DNA from: Candidatus Amesbacteria bacterium
GTDB lineage: Bacteria; Patescibacteriota; Microgenomatia; CAZETR01; Amesbacteraceae
Length of the DNA stretch: 64,000 nucleotides
Reading direction: 5' to 3'
NCBI GenBank assembly: GCA_027371535.1
Contig: DAHXMV010000002.1
Coordinates: 3,494-67,493 of the forward strand
The notes beneath the pieces were generated by a model. The model had not been told where the DNA came from, made no database searches, and saw only the letters and a program-made list of their open reading frames with translations. A program made the position numbers and the translations under genes. Below are positions 1 through 11,730 of the stretch, piece after piece (positions within the stretch are counted from its first letter, which is position 1; the number at the start of each line of letters is the position of its first letter).

Positions 1-117
1 ACCCCATGCGCGTATTCTACCGTCAAACTCCGCCCCGGGTATGACACATCGGTAATTTTACCATCAAAATTGACCTGAGTATTAATAAAAAGGACCGAAA
101 AAGTTAAAATAGATTTC

Positions 118-600
118 ATGTTCTCGAACCTGGAGATATTTTTGGATAAATTTATGGGGAATCTGAAAGAAGCAGGAGTAGATGTGTCAGGACTTTCTAT
201 GGATCATGTGGGCTATAAAACCAATTCATTAAAGGAGTATGAGCAAATTATGCCCCGGATGAAAAAGACCGGAAAATTGGTGAAGGAAAATACGGTAAGA
301 GACAGGAAGGTGGCGTTTTTTAAATTAGACCACCCGATTATTTACAAACAATATACAATTCCGGCGGCGGAATTAATCGCTCCCAAAGAAGGCGAGACTG
401 TTAGGTTCGGATGGGAACACGCGGAACTGGTGATACCGGAGAGTTTCGAAAGCTTTATGGCCAAATATCCGAAACTAACCTGGGATACCAGCGTGATGAA
501 TTCAGATTTGTTTTCGATGGTCAAGCTGAAACTGGGAGACAATATGCAGGCAAAGTTCCATCTAATGCCGGTATTGGAAATAATTGAAAAAGAAAAATAA
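118..600 (+). CDS. YecM-family (VOC-fold) metal-binding protein
   Basis: 160-aa ORF. Motifs DHVGYKT, VAFFKLDHP and FGWEHAELVIPES align with E. coli YecM (DHISLRC, ICLFKLHEP, EGWEHIEIVLPG). Confidence 0.6.
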   Translation: MFSNLEIFLDKFMGNLKEAGVDVSGLSMDHVGYKTNSLKEYEQIMPRMKKTGKLVKENTVRDRKVAFFKLDHPIIYKQYTIPAAELIAPKEGETVRFGWEHAELVIPESFESFMAKYPKLTWDTSVMNSDLFSMVKLKLGDNMQAKFHLMPVLEIIEKEK

Positions 601-669
601 TACGCGATGAAGAACGGACGGAGACAGGGAAATCGGGGTGGTTGGGGAGATTGGGGAAATTTGGGGAAA

Positions 670-1077
670 TTAACGTTTCGGACTTTGTTTGCGGCGGCGG
701 GATTTACCACCCATGCCGACCATACGGCGCTGGCGGGTGCGGGAATCCCGGGTCAAAAGCTGAGCGTCACGAAGGGGTTTTTTGAAATCGGATTTATATG
801 CTGTCAAGGCGCGGGCCAGACCAAGAACCATGGCATCCAACTGGCCGTATTTACCACCGCCGTGAACAGTAACTGTAGCCGTATACTTTTTGGCCAGGTC
901 GAGAGTTTTAAAGGGTTGTTCGTATCTGGTGCGGGCAGAAAGACCGGGAAAATATGCGGAAACCGGTTGGCCATTAACCAGCATTTCAGTGTCGCCGGGG
1001 ACAATTCTGACTGAAGCTACGGCTTCGCGGCGGCGGCCGACTGCAGAAGAGAGAATTTTGGGTTTGGAATCGGACAT
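670..1077 (-). CDS. rpsI: 30S ribosomal protein S9
   Basis: 135 aa. GGGKYGQLDAMVLGLARAL and C-terminal LTRDSRTRQRRMVG..RRRKQSPKR are S9 hallmarks. Confidence 0.95.
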   Translation of the reverse strand: MSDSKPKILSSAVGRRREAVASVRIVPGDTEMLVNGQPVSAYFPGLSARTRYEQPFKTLDLAKKYTATVTVHGGGKYGQLDAMVLGLARALTAYKSDFKKPLRDAQLLTRDSRTRQRRMVGMGGKSRRRKQSPKR

Positions 1078-1128
1078 AAACTTATTATTTAATCATTTAA
1101 GCATTTTGTCATTTAATCATGAAATCAA

Positions 1129-1554
1129 TTATTCAACTATCTTTTTAAATTGTTTTTGATAGGGGTGGTCGGGACCGGCATAGACGTGAAGATGCTTCAA
1201 CATTCTATCATGCAATTTGTTATCCGGAAGCATGCCGGAAACAGCTGAAATAATAATCCTTTCCGGGGCTTTGGCCATAACCTGGCTGAAAGTATGAACG
1301 TGCATCCCTCCGGGAAAACCGGAATGGCGACGGTAGAGCTTTTCGGTAACCTTATTACCGGTGACCGAGATTTTGGCAGCGTTGGTAACCACCACATTGT
1401 CTCCCATATCCAGATGGCGGACAAAGTCCGGCTTGCCCTTGCCCATTAAAAGTTTGGCTATCCGGGTGGCCAAACGGCCCAAAATCTGATTATCGGCATC
1501 CAACAGATACCACTTACGGGTAATATCATTGGCGCTGGGAGAATGGGTAGTCAT
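1129..1554 (-). CDS. rplM: 50S ribosomal protein L13
   Basis: 141 aa. N-terminal KWYLLDADNQILGRLATRIAKLLMGK is the L13 signature. Sits immediately upstream of rpsI as usual. Confidence 0.95.
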   Translation of the reverse strand: MTTHSPSANDITRKWYLLDADNQILGRLATRIAKLLMGKGKPDFVRHLDMGDNVVVTNAAKISVTGNKVTEKLYRRHSGFPGGMHVHTFSQVMAKAPERIIISAVSGMLPDNKLHDRMLKHLHVYAGPDHPYQKQFKKIVE

Positions 1555-1571
1555 GATTGATGATGTACGAT

Positions 1572-2012
1572 TTATGATTTATGAGATTTGGATTTGGGAG
1601 TCGGAGAAGCAGTTTTTTCCGGTTTTGCGGTCTTTTCCGGCCCGGTTTGAGCAACTGCAGCCGAAGTAAATTCCATCCGAACCATGGGAGCATTATCTCC
1701 GGTACGGGTACCTAATTTTATCAGACGCAGATAACCGCCTTTTCTATCTTTGAATCTGGGAGCAATATCGGAGACCAGCTTTTGGACCAGCATCCGATCG
1801 GTAATTACGGATTCGATATGTTGAATATCTGCCAGCTTGGCTTTTTTGGCTTTGGTAATCAATTTTTCAATTAAGCTGACTGCGGCTTTGGCTTTGGTTT
1901 CAGTGGTTTCGATGGCTTCCGAGCGAATCAGAGCTCCCGCCAATCCTTTTAACAGGGCTTGGCGCTGTCCGGTATCACGATTGAGTTGTTTTCCGAAAAC
2001 ATTGTGACGCAT
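1572..2012 (-). CDS. rplQ: 50S ribosomal protein L17
   Basis: 146 aa. FGKQLNRDTGQRQALLKGL matches the L17 N-terminus. Follows rpoA. Confidence 0.93.
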   Translation of the reverse strand: MRHNVFGKQLNRDTGQRQALLKGLAGALIRSEAIETTETKAKAAVSLIEKLITKAKKAKLADIQHIESVITDRMLVQKLVSDIAPRFKDRKGGYLRLIKLGTRTGDNAPMVRMEFTSAAVAQTGPEKTAKPEKTASPTPKSKSHKS

Positions 2013-2015
2013 GTT

Positions 2016-2936
2016 TCATTGGGCCAGGTCAAAATTGCGCTCCTTAAGCGCTTTTTCAATAATTTCGACAGACTTGCCGCCAAGGTTTTTGACTTTGGAT
2101 AACTGGGCTCTGGATACTGCTAACAGATCGGCTACAGTAGCAAAGCCGGCTTTTTGCAAAGCGTTGGCAATCCGAGTCGGTAAATCGAGCTCTTCGACAG
2201 AAATATTGGCCCCTACCTGAGCGCGCGGTGCTGCCGGGCCGGCCAGGCTGACCGCATCGGTGGAATCGGGATTAACCACGCCATTGAAATAATTGACCAA
2301 AGTCTGTGCAGCTGAGATCATAGCCTCCCGGGGGGAAACCGTACCGTCGGTAGTAATTTCCAATATTAGTTTGTCAAAGTTGGTAATGCGGCCGACGCGG
2401 GTGGATTCGACTTTGTAATTGACACGAACCACCGGAGTAAATGTGGCATCCAAAGGAATCAGGCCTACGGTGGTGCTTTTTCTGTCTTCCGCCGGCGAAT
2501 ATCCAAAACCGGATTCAATAGTGGCTTCGATTTCCAGCTTGGTATTTTTGTCGGCTAAATTGGCAATGACAAAATCGGGGTTGGTGACTTTGACATCAGA
2601 GGGAACTTCGAAAGCACCTGCGGTAACCGGGCCCGGCCCCTGAGTTTCCAAGGTAATGGTTACCGGTTTGTCACCTTGGTAGGCCGGACGAATCTGTTTT
2701 AAGGCCAAAACCAATTGCACAATATCCTCACGCATACCGTCAAGGGCCGTGAACTGATGATTGACGCCGACAATTTTGACACTGGTCAAAGCAGAACCTT
2801 TAATCGCGGTATAAAGGACCCTTCTTAAGGCGTTACCCAAGGTATCTCCGAAACCCTGTGCCAACGGTTCGATAGCGAACCTACCATACTGAGGTTTTTC
2901 CTCTTCGGTTTTAATTGTAAATTGAGGTTTGGTCAT
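2016..2936 (-). CDS. rpoA: DNA-directed RNA polymerase subunit alpha
   Basis: 306 aa. N-terminal domain RFAIEPLAQGFGDTLGNALRRVL and C-terminal alpha-CTD VEELDLPTRIANALQKAGFATVADL. Confidence 0.97.
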   Translation of the reverse strand: MTKPQFTIKTEEEKPQYGRFAIEPLAQGFGDTLGNALRRVLYTAIKGSALTSVKIVGVNHQFTALDGMREDIVQLVLALKQIRPAYQGDKPVTITLETQGPGPVTAGAFEVPSDVKVTNPDFVIANLADKNTKLEIEATIESGFGYSPAEDRKSTTVGLIPLDATFTPVVRVNYKVESTRVGRITNFDKLILEITTDGTVSPREAMISAAQTLVNYFNGVVNPDSTDAVSLAGPAAPRAQVGANISVEELDLPTRIANALQKAGFATVADLLAVSRAQLSKVKNLGGKSVEIIEKALKERNFDLAQ

Positions 2937-2951
2937 GATATAGGTTGAATA

Positions 2952-3551
2952 TTATCTGGAATAAAACTCCACAATGAGCTGATCATTAACCGGACTGTCG
3001 ATGTCTTCCCTTTTGGGCAAACTGACAATTTGTCCCTGGGGACCGACACGTTTCAGCCAGGCAGGAAGACTAAATTGGGTATTTTCGAGGCGGGTCTTGA
3101 TAACCGGGATATTCAAAGCAACATGGTCTAACGAGACGACTTCATCGACTACTGTCTGGAATGAAGGAATGTTGACGGTTTTACCGTTTACCAGGACGTG
3201 TCCGTGGGAAACCAACTGTCTGGCCATGTTTCTGGTCGGGACAAATCCCAACCGGTAAACCACATTATCCAGACGGGTTTCCAAAAGACGCAGGAGATGC
3301 TCTCCGGTCTTACCGCGAACCTTTTTAGCCTTTTCAAAGTACCCCCGAAACTGTCTTTCGATTATACCATAAAGTCTCTTTGTTTTCTGCTTTTCCCGCA
3401 ATTGCTGACCGTAGTCCGTCATCCGGGGAACACCTTTGCCGCCGTGCTGACCAGGCGGGTTTTGGGCCCGGCGGAGTTTGTGACCTTTGCCGAATAAATC
3501 CAGTTGTTCCCTTCTGGATAATCTGTTTTTTGGTCCGGTGTAGTGGGACAT
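2952..3551 (-). CDS. rpsD: 30S ribosomal protein S4
   Basis: 199 aa. YTGPKNRLSRREQLDLF start and the S4 domain LDNVVYRLGFVPTRNMARQLVSHGHVLVNG. Confidence 0.96.
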   Translation of the reverse strand: MSHYTGPKNRLSRREQLDLFGKGHKLRRAQNPPGQHGGKGVPRMTDYGQQLREKQKTKRLYGIIERQFRGYFEKAKKVRGKTGEHLLRLLETRLDNVVYRLGFVPTRNMARQLVSHGHVLVNGKTVNIPSFQTVVDEVVSLDHVALNIPVIKTRLENTQFSLPAWLKRVGPQGQIVSLPKREDIDSPVNDQLIVEFYSR

Positions 3552-3580
3552 AATGTTTAAATATTAATTTTTAATTAGTA

Positions 3581-4057
3581 TCACCATCTAAAGTGGGCGA
3601 AGGCTTTATTGGCTTCGGCCATACGGTGGGTATCTAACTTCTTTTTGACGGCAGCTCCGGCATTATTTGCAGCATCCACAAGTTCGGCTGCCAGTTTTTC
3701 GGCAAAAGTATGAAATTCGGTACTCGGCCTGGCCCGGGCAGCTAAGACCAGCCAGCGGATGCCCAAAGAATCCCTCCGGGGACCACGAACCGGAGACGGT
3801 ACCTGGTAGGCAGCCCCGCCGATTCTCCTGGCTCTGACCTCCATCTGGGGTTTGATATTTTCCAGAGCAGTCAGAAAATATTGGAGAGCGTCGGTTTGGG
3901 TTTTGGCAGCCAGAAGAGTAAAAGCCCCATAGATCTGTTTTCTGGCGGGATTAACCTTGCCGTCCTTCATTACCCGATTGATTAATTTGGTAACAATGAC
4001 CGAGTTGTAGACGGGATCGGGCAGTAAATTTCTGGCGGGAGCGGGCTTGGAACGCAT
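3581..4057 (-). CDS. rpsG: 30S ribosomal protein S7
   Basis: 158 aa. [23 protein letters not shown] and C-terminal [21 protein letters not shown] are S7 signatures. Confidence 0.96.
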   Translation of the reverse strand: MRSKPAPARNLLPDPVYNSVIVTKLINRVMKDGKVNPARKQIYGAFTLLAAKTQTDALQYFLTALENIKPQMEVRARRIGGAAYQVPSPVRGPRRDSLGIRWLVLAARARPSTEFHTFAEKLAAELVDAANNAGAAVKKKLDTHRMAEANKAFAHFRW

Positions 4058-4087
4058 ATCAATTAAATTTCATTAAAAAAATAAAAA

Positions 4088-4522
4088 TTATGAGGCGGCG
4101 GCAGTTTTGGGACCGGCGTGGGTTTTAGCACCGTAACGGGAACGGCCCTGTTTGCGGTTTTCCACACCGCCGGCATCAAATTTGCCCCTGACGATATGAT
4201 ATTTAACTCCAGGTAAGTCTTTGACACGGCCGCCCCTGACCAAAACTATTCCGTGCTCGGCAATATTGTGGCCGATACCGGGAATATAAGCAGTAACTTC
4301 AGTTTTATTGGAAAGCCTGACCCGGGCAATTTTTCTCAAAGCCGAATTGGGCTTTTTGGGAGTCATGGTTTTGACGATGGTAACCACTCCCCTTTTGAAA
4401 GGATTGGTGGTCTGGACAAAACGGCGGTCTTTGGCGTTAAAAGACCGGCGCAGGGCCGTGGCCTTGACCTTTTTAATTTTAGAGTGGCGTTTGTATTTGA
4501 TTAATTGATTGACGGTAGGCAT
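4088..4522 (-). CDS. rpsL: 30S ribosomal protein S12
   Basis: 144 aa. [50 protein letters not shown]. Confidence 0.97.
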   Translation of the reverse strand: MPTVNQLIKYKRHSKIKKVKATALRRSFNAKDRRFVQTTNPFKRGVVTIVKTMTPKKPNSALRKIARVRLSNKTEVTAYIPGIGHNIAEHGIVLVRGGRVKDLPGVKYHIVRGKFDAGGVENRKQGRSRYGAKTHAGPKTAAAS

Positions 4523-4533
4523 AAAGATAATTT

Positions 4534-7500
4534 TTAATTAATCACAGCGCGGTCGGGGCTGGTGGGAATTAAGCGGCCAATGATGACATTTTCCTTTAAG
4601 CCCAAAAGCGGATCGATTTTGCCTTCGACAGCCGCTTCGGCCAGCTGGGAGGTGGTTTCGATAAAGGAAGCGGCGGACAACCAGGAACCGGTTTTAAGAG
4701 CTGCGCGGGTAATCCCCAAGACGACTACCTGGGCAGTAGCCGGTTCACCGCCGGCGGCCAGGACCTTGGCATTTTCGATTTCAAAGACGGCCCTATCAAC
4801 AATATCCCCCGGTAATAAAACAGTGTCACCCTGAGAGAGAATGCGAACCCGGTCACTCATTTTGCGGACAATGACTTCAAAGTGCTTGTCGTGAATAGGC
4901 ACACCTTGGGATTCGTAAACCAGCTGGATTTCTTCAATCAGGTATTCCTGGGCGCCCCTTAAACCCCTGACTTCCAAAACCTCCTTGATATCCAAAGCTC
5001 CCGAGGCCAGCTGGCGGCCGGAGGTAATGAGATCACCATCCGCAACTTTTAATTCAGCGGCCAAAGGAATAATGTATTCGCGTTCTTCTATAGGCTTGAC
5101 GGTGGTATTTCTGATTCTGACTTTATAACCTTCATCTGTTTCCACGACTTCCACTTTGCCGGAAATCTCAGCCAGCGGCGAGACCATTTTAGGAGTGCGG
5201 GCTTCAAAAAGCTCCTCCACACGGGGCAATCCCTGGGTGACGTCGATACTGCCGACGGATAAACCACCGCGCTTGCCGTGAAGGGTCATCTGGGTACCCG
5301 GCTCGCCGATACTTTGGGCGGCGATGACACCGACAGGATCGCCTATTGTCACCATGGACATGCTGGCCAGGCTCCAGCCATAACATTTGGCACAAAGGCC
5401 GTATCTGGCATCACAGGTTAAGGGCGATCTGAGCGTGACTTCACCGATTTCTTCGGACAGCAGCAGGTCGATTTTGGCGTCGTCTAAGACCTCGCCTTTG
5501 GCAATCAGCACTTTTTTGGATTTGGGAGAGGTGACATCTGCGGCGAGGACACGGCCAAAAATCCTGGCAGCAAAGGTTTTACCGCGTTTGTCATTTTTAG
5601 TGATGACAAGACCGTTTTCAGTTTGACAGTCTTCGATTCTGATGATAGCGTCGTGGGCAACATCCACCAGACGCCGGGTCAGATAACCGGCGTCGGCGGT
5701 ACGGACGGCAGTATCCGATAAACCTTTGCGTTCACCGCGGGCAGCTGAAACGTATTCAAAGGAAGAAAAACCCTGGCGGTAATTACTTTTTAAGGGCAAA
5801 TCGACGATGCGGCCCAACGGATCAACAACCAAACCTCTCATGGCCGAGAGCTGGCGGACCTGTTCCTTGGAGGCTTTGCCGGCACCGGCGTCGATAATCA
5901 ATTTAATGGGGTTAGCGTCATCAAACATGGACCAGGTAAGATTGGCCAGGGTTTCGGTAGTTTCCAGCCAGACTTCCTGAGCCAGACGACGGCGTTCTTC
6001 AGCAGTGATTAATCCGAGGGAGAAGTTGGAATCAATTTCAGCCACCCGGGTATTGGCAGATTCTATAGTGGCGTCCTTGTCGGGGCTGATCAAACAGTCG
6101 GTAATACTGACGGAGACGCCGGAAAGAGTACCTGCCCAAAAACCGATATCCTTGATGTCATCGATTAATTTAGTAATGGTAGTGGTGTCGTAAAGTTTGA
6201 AAGCCCGGTCGAACAACTTGACCATGGTAGCGCGCTTGACGGCTTCATTAACAAATCTCAACTCAACAGGCAGGACTTCGTTGAAGAATATCCGGCCGAC
6301 AGTAGTGTCCAAAACCCGGCCCTCGATGACCACTTTGATACGCTGGCGGAGTTTAATGCATCCGGTGTGGTTGGCAATAATAGCTTCCTCTTTAGTGGAA
6401 AAAATACCCGGAGCCGGATCCAGTTTGGCATCGACCGAAGTCAGATAGTAAAAACCCAAAGCGATTTCCTTGGTGGAGGGGACGGAAATAGGAGTGCCGT
6501 CGGCGGGTTTTCGGAGATTTTTCTCGGGGGTCATCAGTTCTTCAACTTCGGCAATAGCTTCCTGACTTAACGGCACGTGGACGGCCATCTGGTCACCATC
6601 GAAGTCTGCGTTGAAACCGGCACAAATACAGGGGTGGATCTGAATGGCGGAACCTTCGATCAGAATCGGATAAAAAGCCTGGATTGAGAGTTTGTGCAAA
6701 GTGGGAGCCCGGTTTAATAAAATGGGGTGATTTTTGGTAATACTTTCCAAGATATCAAAAACTTCGGGCGGACGGGATTCCAACAGATTTTTGGCGGATT
6801 TAACGTTGGGAGCCAGACCCTGAACTATCATCTGCCGGAGAACAAAAGGTTTGAACATTTCCAGGGCCATTTCCTTGGGTAATCCACACTGATTAATTTT
6901 GAGCTCCGGACCGACAACAATGACGGAACGGCCGGAATAATCTACTCTTTTACCCAGCAAGTTCTGGCGGAAGCGGCCCTGTTTACCCCTTAAAATATCA
7001 GACAGGGATTTGGATTTAGCACCGGCAGGCAGGCGGCTGGTTCTGGCAGTCCTTTGAGAGGAATCTATCAGAGCATCAACAGCTTCCTGGAGCATGCGTT
7101 TTTCGTTTCTTAATATGATCTCCGGAGCACCCAGATCCATTAAATGTTTCAGACGGTTGTTGCGATTAATTACGCGGCGGTAAAGATCGTTAAGGTCCGA
7201 TGTGGCAAAGCGGCCACCCGATAACTGAACCATGGGGCGCAGATCCGGAGGAATAACCGGCAAAACTTTTAAGACCATCCAGGCAGGGCTGACTTCGGAA
7301 CGGCGCAAACCGTCAACCACGCGAAGTCTTTTGGTGGCTTTAATGTGGCGCTGTCCGGAAGTGGTATTGACTTCCTGGCGCAGATCATTGGCCATGGCTC
7401 CCAAATCCAGAACCTTGACGACGTCCAGTATGGCTTCAGCACCCATCCCCAGCGAGGCACAATCAAGGGCATCGTACTCCATAAGTTTGGCATACTCATC

Positions 7501-8271
7501 CTCGGAAATTATGCTGGTGGTTTTCAGGCCGGAGACAATATCCACCAGGCGCTGATAGAGAGAGGAAACCTTATCCTGTTCGGCAGCCTGCTGATCACGC
7601 AGAGTCTGAATGGCCTGTTTGGACTTTAAACCGGACTGGTCCAGAGCCAGGGCCAAGGCATCCTCATTCAGGTTCTGACTTTTAAGACTGTCTATTTCCT
7701 CAGCAGCGGCCTTTTCGGCAGCCGTGATTTTGGCGGAATAATCTTTTCCGATGGCCTCTTTTTTGTCCGACCCCTCCTTTTGCAAACGGTCTACGGTTTC
7801 GGCTCTGACGGAATCATCGACGGAAATAACTATATATTGGGCAAAATAGATAACCGATTCCAAAGCCTTGGGGGCAATATCCAGAAGCAGGGAAAGGCGG
7901 GAGGGGGAACCTTTAAAATACCAAACGTGGGCGACCGGACAAGCGAGGGTAATATGGCCCATACGCTCGCGGCGAACACGGCTGTGAGTCACTTCCACAC
8001 CGCATTTATCACAGACAATGCCTTTGTAGCGGATTCTTTTGTATTTGCCGCAATAACATTCCCAATCTTTTACCGGACCGAAAATGCGCTCATCGAAGAG
8101 GCCGTCCTTTTCGGGCCTCAAAGTGCGATAGTTGATAGTTTCGGGTTTGGTGACTTCACCATGGGACCATTTTTTGATGACGTCAGGGGAGGCCAGCTTT
8201 AATTGCAGGCCACTGAAGTCAACAATGTTTTTGAATGAATCCTGGTATTGATCGGTTTTAGCTTGCGGCAT
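4534..8271 (-). CDS. rpoC: DNA-directed RNA polymerase subunit beta'
   Basis: 1245 aa. Zinc-binding [23 protein letters not shown], catalytic [16 protein letters not shown], clamp and trigger-loop regions. Directly downstream of rpoB. Confidence 0.98.
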   Translation of the reverse strand: MPQAKTDQYQDSFKNIVDFSGLQLKLASPDVIKKWSHGEVTKPETINYRTLRPEKDGLFDERIFGPVKDWECYCGKYKRIRYKGIVCDKCGVEVTHSRVRRERMGHITLACPVAHVWYFKGSPSRLSLLLDIAPKALESVIYFAQYIVISVDDSVRAETVDRLQKEGSDKKEAIGKDYSAKITAAEKAAAEEIDSLKSQNLNEDALALALDQSGLKSKQAIQTLRDQQAAEQDKVSSLYQRLVDIVSGLKTTSIISEDEYAKLMEYDALDCASLGMGAEAILDVVKVLDLGAMANDLRQEVNTTSGQRHIKATKRLRVVDGLRRSEVSPAWMVLKVLPVIPPDLRPMVQLSGGRFATSDLNDLYRRVINRNNRLKHLMDLGAPEIILRNEKRMLQEAVDALIDSSQRTARTSRLPAGAKSKSLSDILRGKQGRFRQNLLGKRVDYSGRSVIVVGPELKINQCGLPKEMALEMFKPFVLRQMIVQGLAPNVKSAKNLLESRPPEVFDILESITKNHPILLNRAPTLHKLSIQAFYPILIEGSAIQIHPCICAGFNADFDGDQMAVHVPLSQEAIAEVEELMTPEKNLRKPADGTPISVPSTKEIALGFYYLTSVDAKLDPAPGIFSTKEEAIIANHTGCIKLRQRIKVVIEGRVLDTTVGRIFFNEVLPVELRFVNEAVKRATMVKLFDRAFKLYDTTTITKLIDDIKDIGFWAGTLSGVSVSITDCLISPDKDATIESANTRVAEIDSNFSLGLITAEERRRLAQEVWLETTETLANLTWSMFDDANPIKLIIDAGAGKASKEQVRQLSAMRGLVVDPLGRIVDLPLKSNYRQGFSSFEYVSAARGERKGLSDTAVRTADAGYLTRRLVDVAHDAIIRIEDCQTENGLVITKNDKRGKTFAARIFGRVLAADVTSPKSKKVLIAKGEVLDDAKIDLLLSEEIGEVTLRSPLTCDARYGLCAKCYGWSLASMSMVTIGDPVGVIAAQSIGEPGTQMTLHGKRGGLSVGSIDVTQGLPRVEELFEARTPKMVSPLAEISGKVEVVETDEGYKVRIRNTTVKPIEEREYIIPLAAELKVADGDLITSGRQLASGALDIKEVLEVRGLRGAQEYLIEEIQLVYESQGVPIHDKHFEVIVRKMSDRVRILSQGDTVLLPGDIVDRAVFEIENAKVLAAGGEPATAQVVVLGITRAALKTGSWLSAASFIETTSQLAEAAVEGKIDPLLGLKENVIIGRLIPTSPDRAVIN

Positions 8272-8276
8272 AGATT

Positions 8277-11200
8277 TTATAATTCTTCCGTAGTATCAAC
8301 AGAATCACTAACGGCTGACGACTGAACCATGGTAGTAAAAGCGGTAGATTTGGCGGAATCATCTGCCAATGCAGAGTCACCAGAAGCAGCGGCGGAATCC
8401 TCTGTTTTGACTTTAGCACCAATCGGGATGACCTGCAGTCCCAAACTCTGAAGTTCCTTGACCAAAACATTAAAGGATTCGGGGACGGAGCTGGTAGGAA
8501 TATCTGTACCTTTGACGATAGCTTCAAAAGCTTTGGCCCGGCCGACGACATCGTCGGACTTAATCGTCAGCATCTCCTGCAAGGTATGTGCGGCTTTGTG
8601 CGCTTCCAGGGCCCAGACTTCCATTTCTCCCAAGCGCTGGCCGCCCATCTGGGCCTTACCGCCCAAGGGCTGCTGGGTCACCAGGGAGTAAGGACCGGTG
8701 GAACGGGCATGAGTCTTGTCCTCCACCATGTGATGCAGTTTCATAATGTAGCCGATGCCGACAACCGAGGGCTCATCAAAGGCTAAACCGGTGCGGCCAT
8801 CATAAAGCATGGCCTTTCCGGTAACTGCCAAATTGGCTTCTCCCATGGCTTCGGCAATCTGGTCTTCGGAAATTTTTTCAAAAGCGGGAACAGCCACAGT
8901 CTTATTAAGCTTTTTCATAGCCCAACCCAAACGGGCTTCCAAAAGCTGGCCGAGATTCATACGGGAAAGAACGGAAATCGGGGAGATAAGAATGTCTACC
9001 GGAGTGCCGTCCGCCAGATGAGGCATGTCGGCAACGGGAACTATCCGGCTGATGACGCCTTTGTTACCGTGGCGGCCGGCTAATTTATCCCCGACGCTGA
9101 TTTTTCTGATCTGGGCGACTTTGACGATGACCCGTTTATTGACGCCGGGCGGCAGTTCGTCGCCGGCTTCGCGGTCCAAGACCTGGACTTCGACGACGAT
9201 ACCCCTTTCACCATGAGGCATTCTTAATGATGTATCACGGACATCGCGGGCCTTTTCGCCAAAAATAGCCCTTAACAAGCGTTCCTCCGCGGAAAGTTCG
9301 GTTTCGCCTTTGGGAGCGATTTTACCAACCAAAATATCATTGGGTTCAACCTCAGACCCGATGGTGACGATGCCCTCGGCGTCCAGATTAGCCAGATAAC
9401 TTTCACCGACGTTGGGAATATCGCGGGTGATTTCCTCGGGACCCAACTTGGTGTCAACGACATCGGCTTCGTGTTCTTCGATGTGGATGGAAGTCAGGAC
9501 ATCTTCCCTGACCAGGCGGTCGGAAATGGCGATAGCATCTTCATAACCCAAACCTTCAAAGGAAGCATAGGCAATGACCAGATTCCGGCCCAGGGCTAAT
9601 TCCCCGTCCTCGGCAGCCGGGCCATCGATGATAAGATCTCCCCGGGCAACTTTCTGGCCGACGACGACTACCGGATGCTGGTTGAAACAGGAACTCTGGG
9701 AAGTGCGTTTGAATTTTAATAGATGATAGGTTTCTAAATCCCCTTTTAAGATAATATTTTCAGAATTTACGGCATCATCGACTTTTTTATCCAATTTAAT
9801 AACCACTTTCCGGGCATCGACATAGCTGACACTCCCGGAATGACGGGCGTAGACACACCAACCCATCGAGGAAGCAATGTCTTTTTCCATGCCGGTACCG
9901 ACTACCGGGCTTTCAGGGCGAAGCAGAGGAACGGCCTGGGTCTGCATGTTGGAGCCCATTAAAGCTCTGTTGGCGGCGTCGTTGGCTAAAAAGGGAATCA
10001 GAGAAGCAGAGGCGCCGACGACTTCCCTAGGAACCGCATCGACCAGGTCGACCAAAGAGGCGGGGCCTTCCATAAAATCCCCGTGGTAGCGGATAGGCAG
10101 CCAATCTTCCTGAATGACCCCGTTTTTATCCAAATGCAGATCGGCGTGGGAAATATGGTATCCCTCCTCATCATCGGCGGTGAGATAGATAATTTCGTCG
10201 GTGAATTTCATACTGACGGTATCACCAGATTTGGTTTTAGACAGCTTGCGATAGGGAGCCTCCAAAAAGCCCAGTTCGTTGACCCGGGCAAACAAGGCCA
10301 GATAAGTCACCAAGCCAATGTTAGTACCTTCGGGGGATCTGACAGGGTCAATACGGCCGTACTGGCTACTGTTGACATCTCTAATACTAAAAGAGGCTCT
10401 TTCCCGGGTAATACCGCCCCGGCCCATAACAGTAAGTCGGCGGAGATGATCAATTTCCGAAAGCGGATTGGTCTGTTCCAGAATCTGGGACAACTGGGAA
10501 CTTCTAAAAAATTCATTGATAGCGGCGATAACCGGCCGGGCGTTGACCAACTGGGCCGGGGTAACCAGGTCTTCGGTGGAAACCAGGCTCATTTTTTCCT
10601 TGATGGTTCTTTCCAAACGCAGCAGGCCATCACGGAAGGCCGTCTGACTGACCAATTCACCCACACTCCGCAAACGCCGATTGGCCAAATGGTCGATATC
10701 GTCGACCTTGCCTTTGCCGTTTTGGAGATTGATGAGATACCTGACAGTCATAATCAGGTCGTCGCGGGTTAAAAACTGCTGATCAGAATCCAGGCCGAAT
10801 TTTTTGTTTAATTTATAACGTCCGACCTGGCCCAAGTCATACCGGCGGGAGTTGAAAAAGAGGTCAAAAAGGAGTTTTTGGGCATTGTCCAGAACAATGG
10901 GTTCACCGGGGCGCATTTTCTTGTAAATTTCAATCAGGGCTTCTTCCGTAGTATGAGTCGGGTCTTTGGCAATGGAATTATCCAAATAGGCGTGGTGTTC
11001 ATCCGTATCCGCATCTTTAAACATTTCGTGCAGCTGATCGTTTCCGGAAATGCCCATGGCCCGAAGCAGAGTGGTAGCCACAAATTTCCGGCGGCGGTCA
11101 ACTCTGACGGAAATAATGTCATTTCTGGAAATTTCAAATTCCAACCAGGTACCCCTGATGGGGCGCAGCTCGGCAGTATGCAGAACGCGGCCGGAGGCAG

Positions 11201-11633
11201 CATCCAAATCGGCGCCAAAATAAGCACCGGGGGATCTGACAATCTGGTTGATGATGGCCCTTTCCACTCCGTTGACAATAAAAGTCCCCCGATCGGTCAT
11301 CTGGGGGACGTCGCCCAAAAAGACTTCTCCACTGGTGACTTTCTGAGTCTGGAGATTGGTAAGCTTGGTCTGTAATCTGAGAGCCGAAGAAAATGTGAGG
11401 CCTTTTTTAATGGCCTGCTGAGGAGTAAGAACTGGCTTTTCCACTGCATAATCCAAAAATTCCAACTGCCAGTTTTTACCGGTAAAATCGTCAACGGGGG
11501 AAATTTCCTGAAGACTTTCCTTTATTCCAGTCTTTAAAAACCATTGCCATGAATCCTGCTGCAGCTGACTTAGGTTTACGTTTGGGAGGCTAGGGTAGGC
11601 TTTTCCCCAATAGATTCTTTTGGATTTAGACAT
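8277..11633 (-). CDS. rpoB: DNA-directed RNA polymerase subunit beta (with ~70-aa Ser/Asp/Ala-rich acidic C-terminal tail)
   Basis: 1118 aa. Conserved beta-subunit blocks: [31 protein letters not shown], fork and flap regions. Confidence 0.98.
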   Translation of the reverse strand: MSKSKRIYWGKAYPSLPNVNLSQLQQDSWQWFLKTGIKESLQEISPVDDFTGKNWQLEFLDYAVEKPVLTPQQAIKKGLTFSSALRLQTKLTNLQTQKVTSGEVFLGDVPQMTDRGTFIVNGVERAIINQIVRSPGAYFGADLDAASGRVLHTAELRPIRGTWLEFEISRNDIISVRVDRRRKFVATTLLRAMGISGNDQLHEMFKDADTDEHHAYLDNSIAKDPTHTTEEALIEIYKKMRPGEPIVLDNAQKLLFDLFFNSRRYDLGQVGRYKLNKKFGLDSDQQFLTRDDLIMTVRYLINLQNGKGKVDDIDHLANRRLRSVGELVSQTAFRDGLLRLERTIKEKMSLVSTEDLVTPAQLVNARPVIAAINEFFRSSQLSQILEQTNPLSEIDHLRRLTVMGRGGITRERASFSIRDVNSSQYGRIDPVRSPEGTNIGLVTYLALFARVNELGFLEAPYRKLSKTKSGDTVSMKFTDEIIYLTADDEEGYHISHADLHLDKNGVIQEDWLPIRYHGDFMEGPASLVDLVDAVPREVVGASASLIPFLANDAANRALMGSNMQTQAVPLLRPESPVVGTGMEKDIASSMGWCVYARHSGSVSYVDARKVVIKLDKKVDDAVNSENIILKGDLETYHLLKFKRTSQSSCFNQHPVVVVGQKVARGDLIIDGPAAEDGELALGRNLVIAYASFEGLGYEDAIAISDRLVREDVLTSIHIEEHEADVVDTKLGPEEITRDIPNVGESYLANLDAEGIVTIGSEVEPNDILVGKIAPKGETELSAEERLLRAIFGEKARDVRDTSLRMPHGERGIVVEVQVLDREAGDELPPGVNKRVIVKVAQIRKISVGDKLAGRHGNKGVISRIVPVADMPHLADGTPVDILISPISVLSRMNLGQLLEARLGWAMKKLNKTVAVPAFEKISEDQIAEAMGEANLAVTGKAMLYDGRTGLAFDEPSVVGIGYIMKLHHMVEDKTHARSTGPYSLVTQQPLGGKAQMGGQRLGEMEVWALEAHKAAHTLQEMLTIKSDDVVGRAKAFEAIVKGTDIPTSSVPESFNVLVKELQSLGLQVIPIGAKVKTEDSAAASGDSALADDSAKSTAFTTMVQSSAVSDSVDTTEEL

Positions 11634-11656
11634 CGGTGGTAAGGGACGGTTTTTGG

Positions 11657-11682
11657 AAAAACAAAAATGCGCTTTTGGCGCA
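11657..11682 (-). terminator. putative intrinsic terminator downstream of mltG (short GC stem, flanked by A/T runs on both strands)
   Basis: The 5-bp stems tgcgc/gcgca and loop ttttg, and the plus-strand A-runs, can be read directly in the given plus-strand sequence at these coordinates; on the minus strand this gives hairpin plus a U-run. The gcgccaaaagcgc-plus-T-run string earlier in the trace is an unverified mental reverse-complement. Lies between the mltG stop and the rpoB start. Confidence 0.35.
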
Positions 11683-11730
11683 AAAAATCTCGGCTAGTTA
11701 CTAGCCACAAACACAGTGCCGTATTTTATA

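Noticed and set aside
640-670. Tandem ggggaaatt repeats
   Set aside because: Only 2–3 short copies in a 70-bp intergenic region. Not a CRISPR array or a meaningful microsatellite.
607-1014. 135-aa plus-strand ORF
   Set aside because: Lies entirely antisense to the well-supported rpsI gene. Gly/Ala-rich mirror composition, so a spurious shadow ORF.
10083-10772. 229-aa plus-strand ORF (and other 60–180-aa ORFs inside rpoB, rpoC, alaS, pnp)
   Set aside because: All are embedded antisense or out-of-frame within long, conserved genes. No independent signals.
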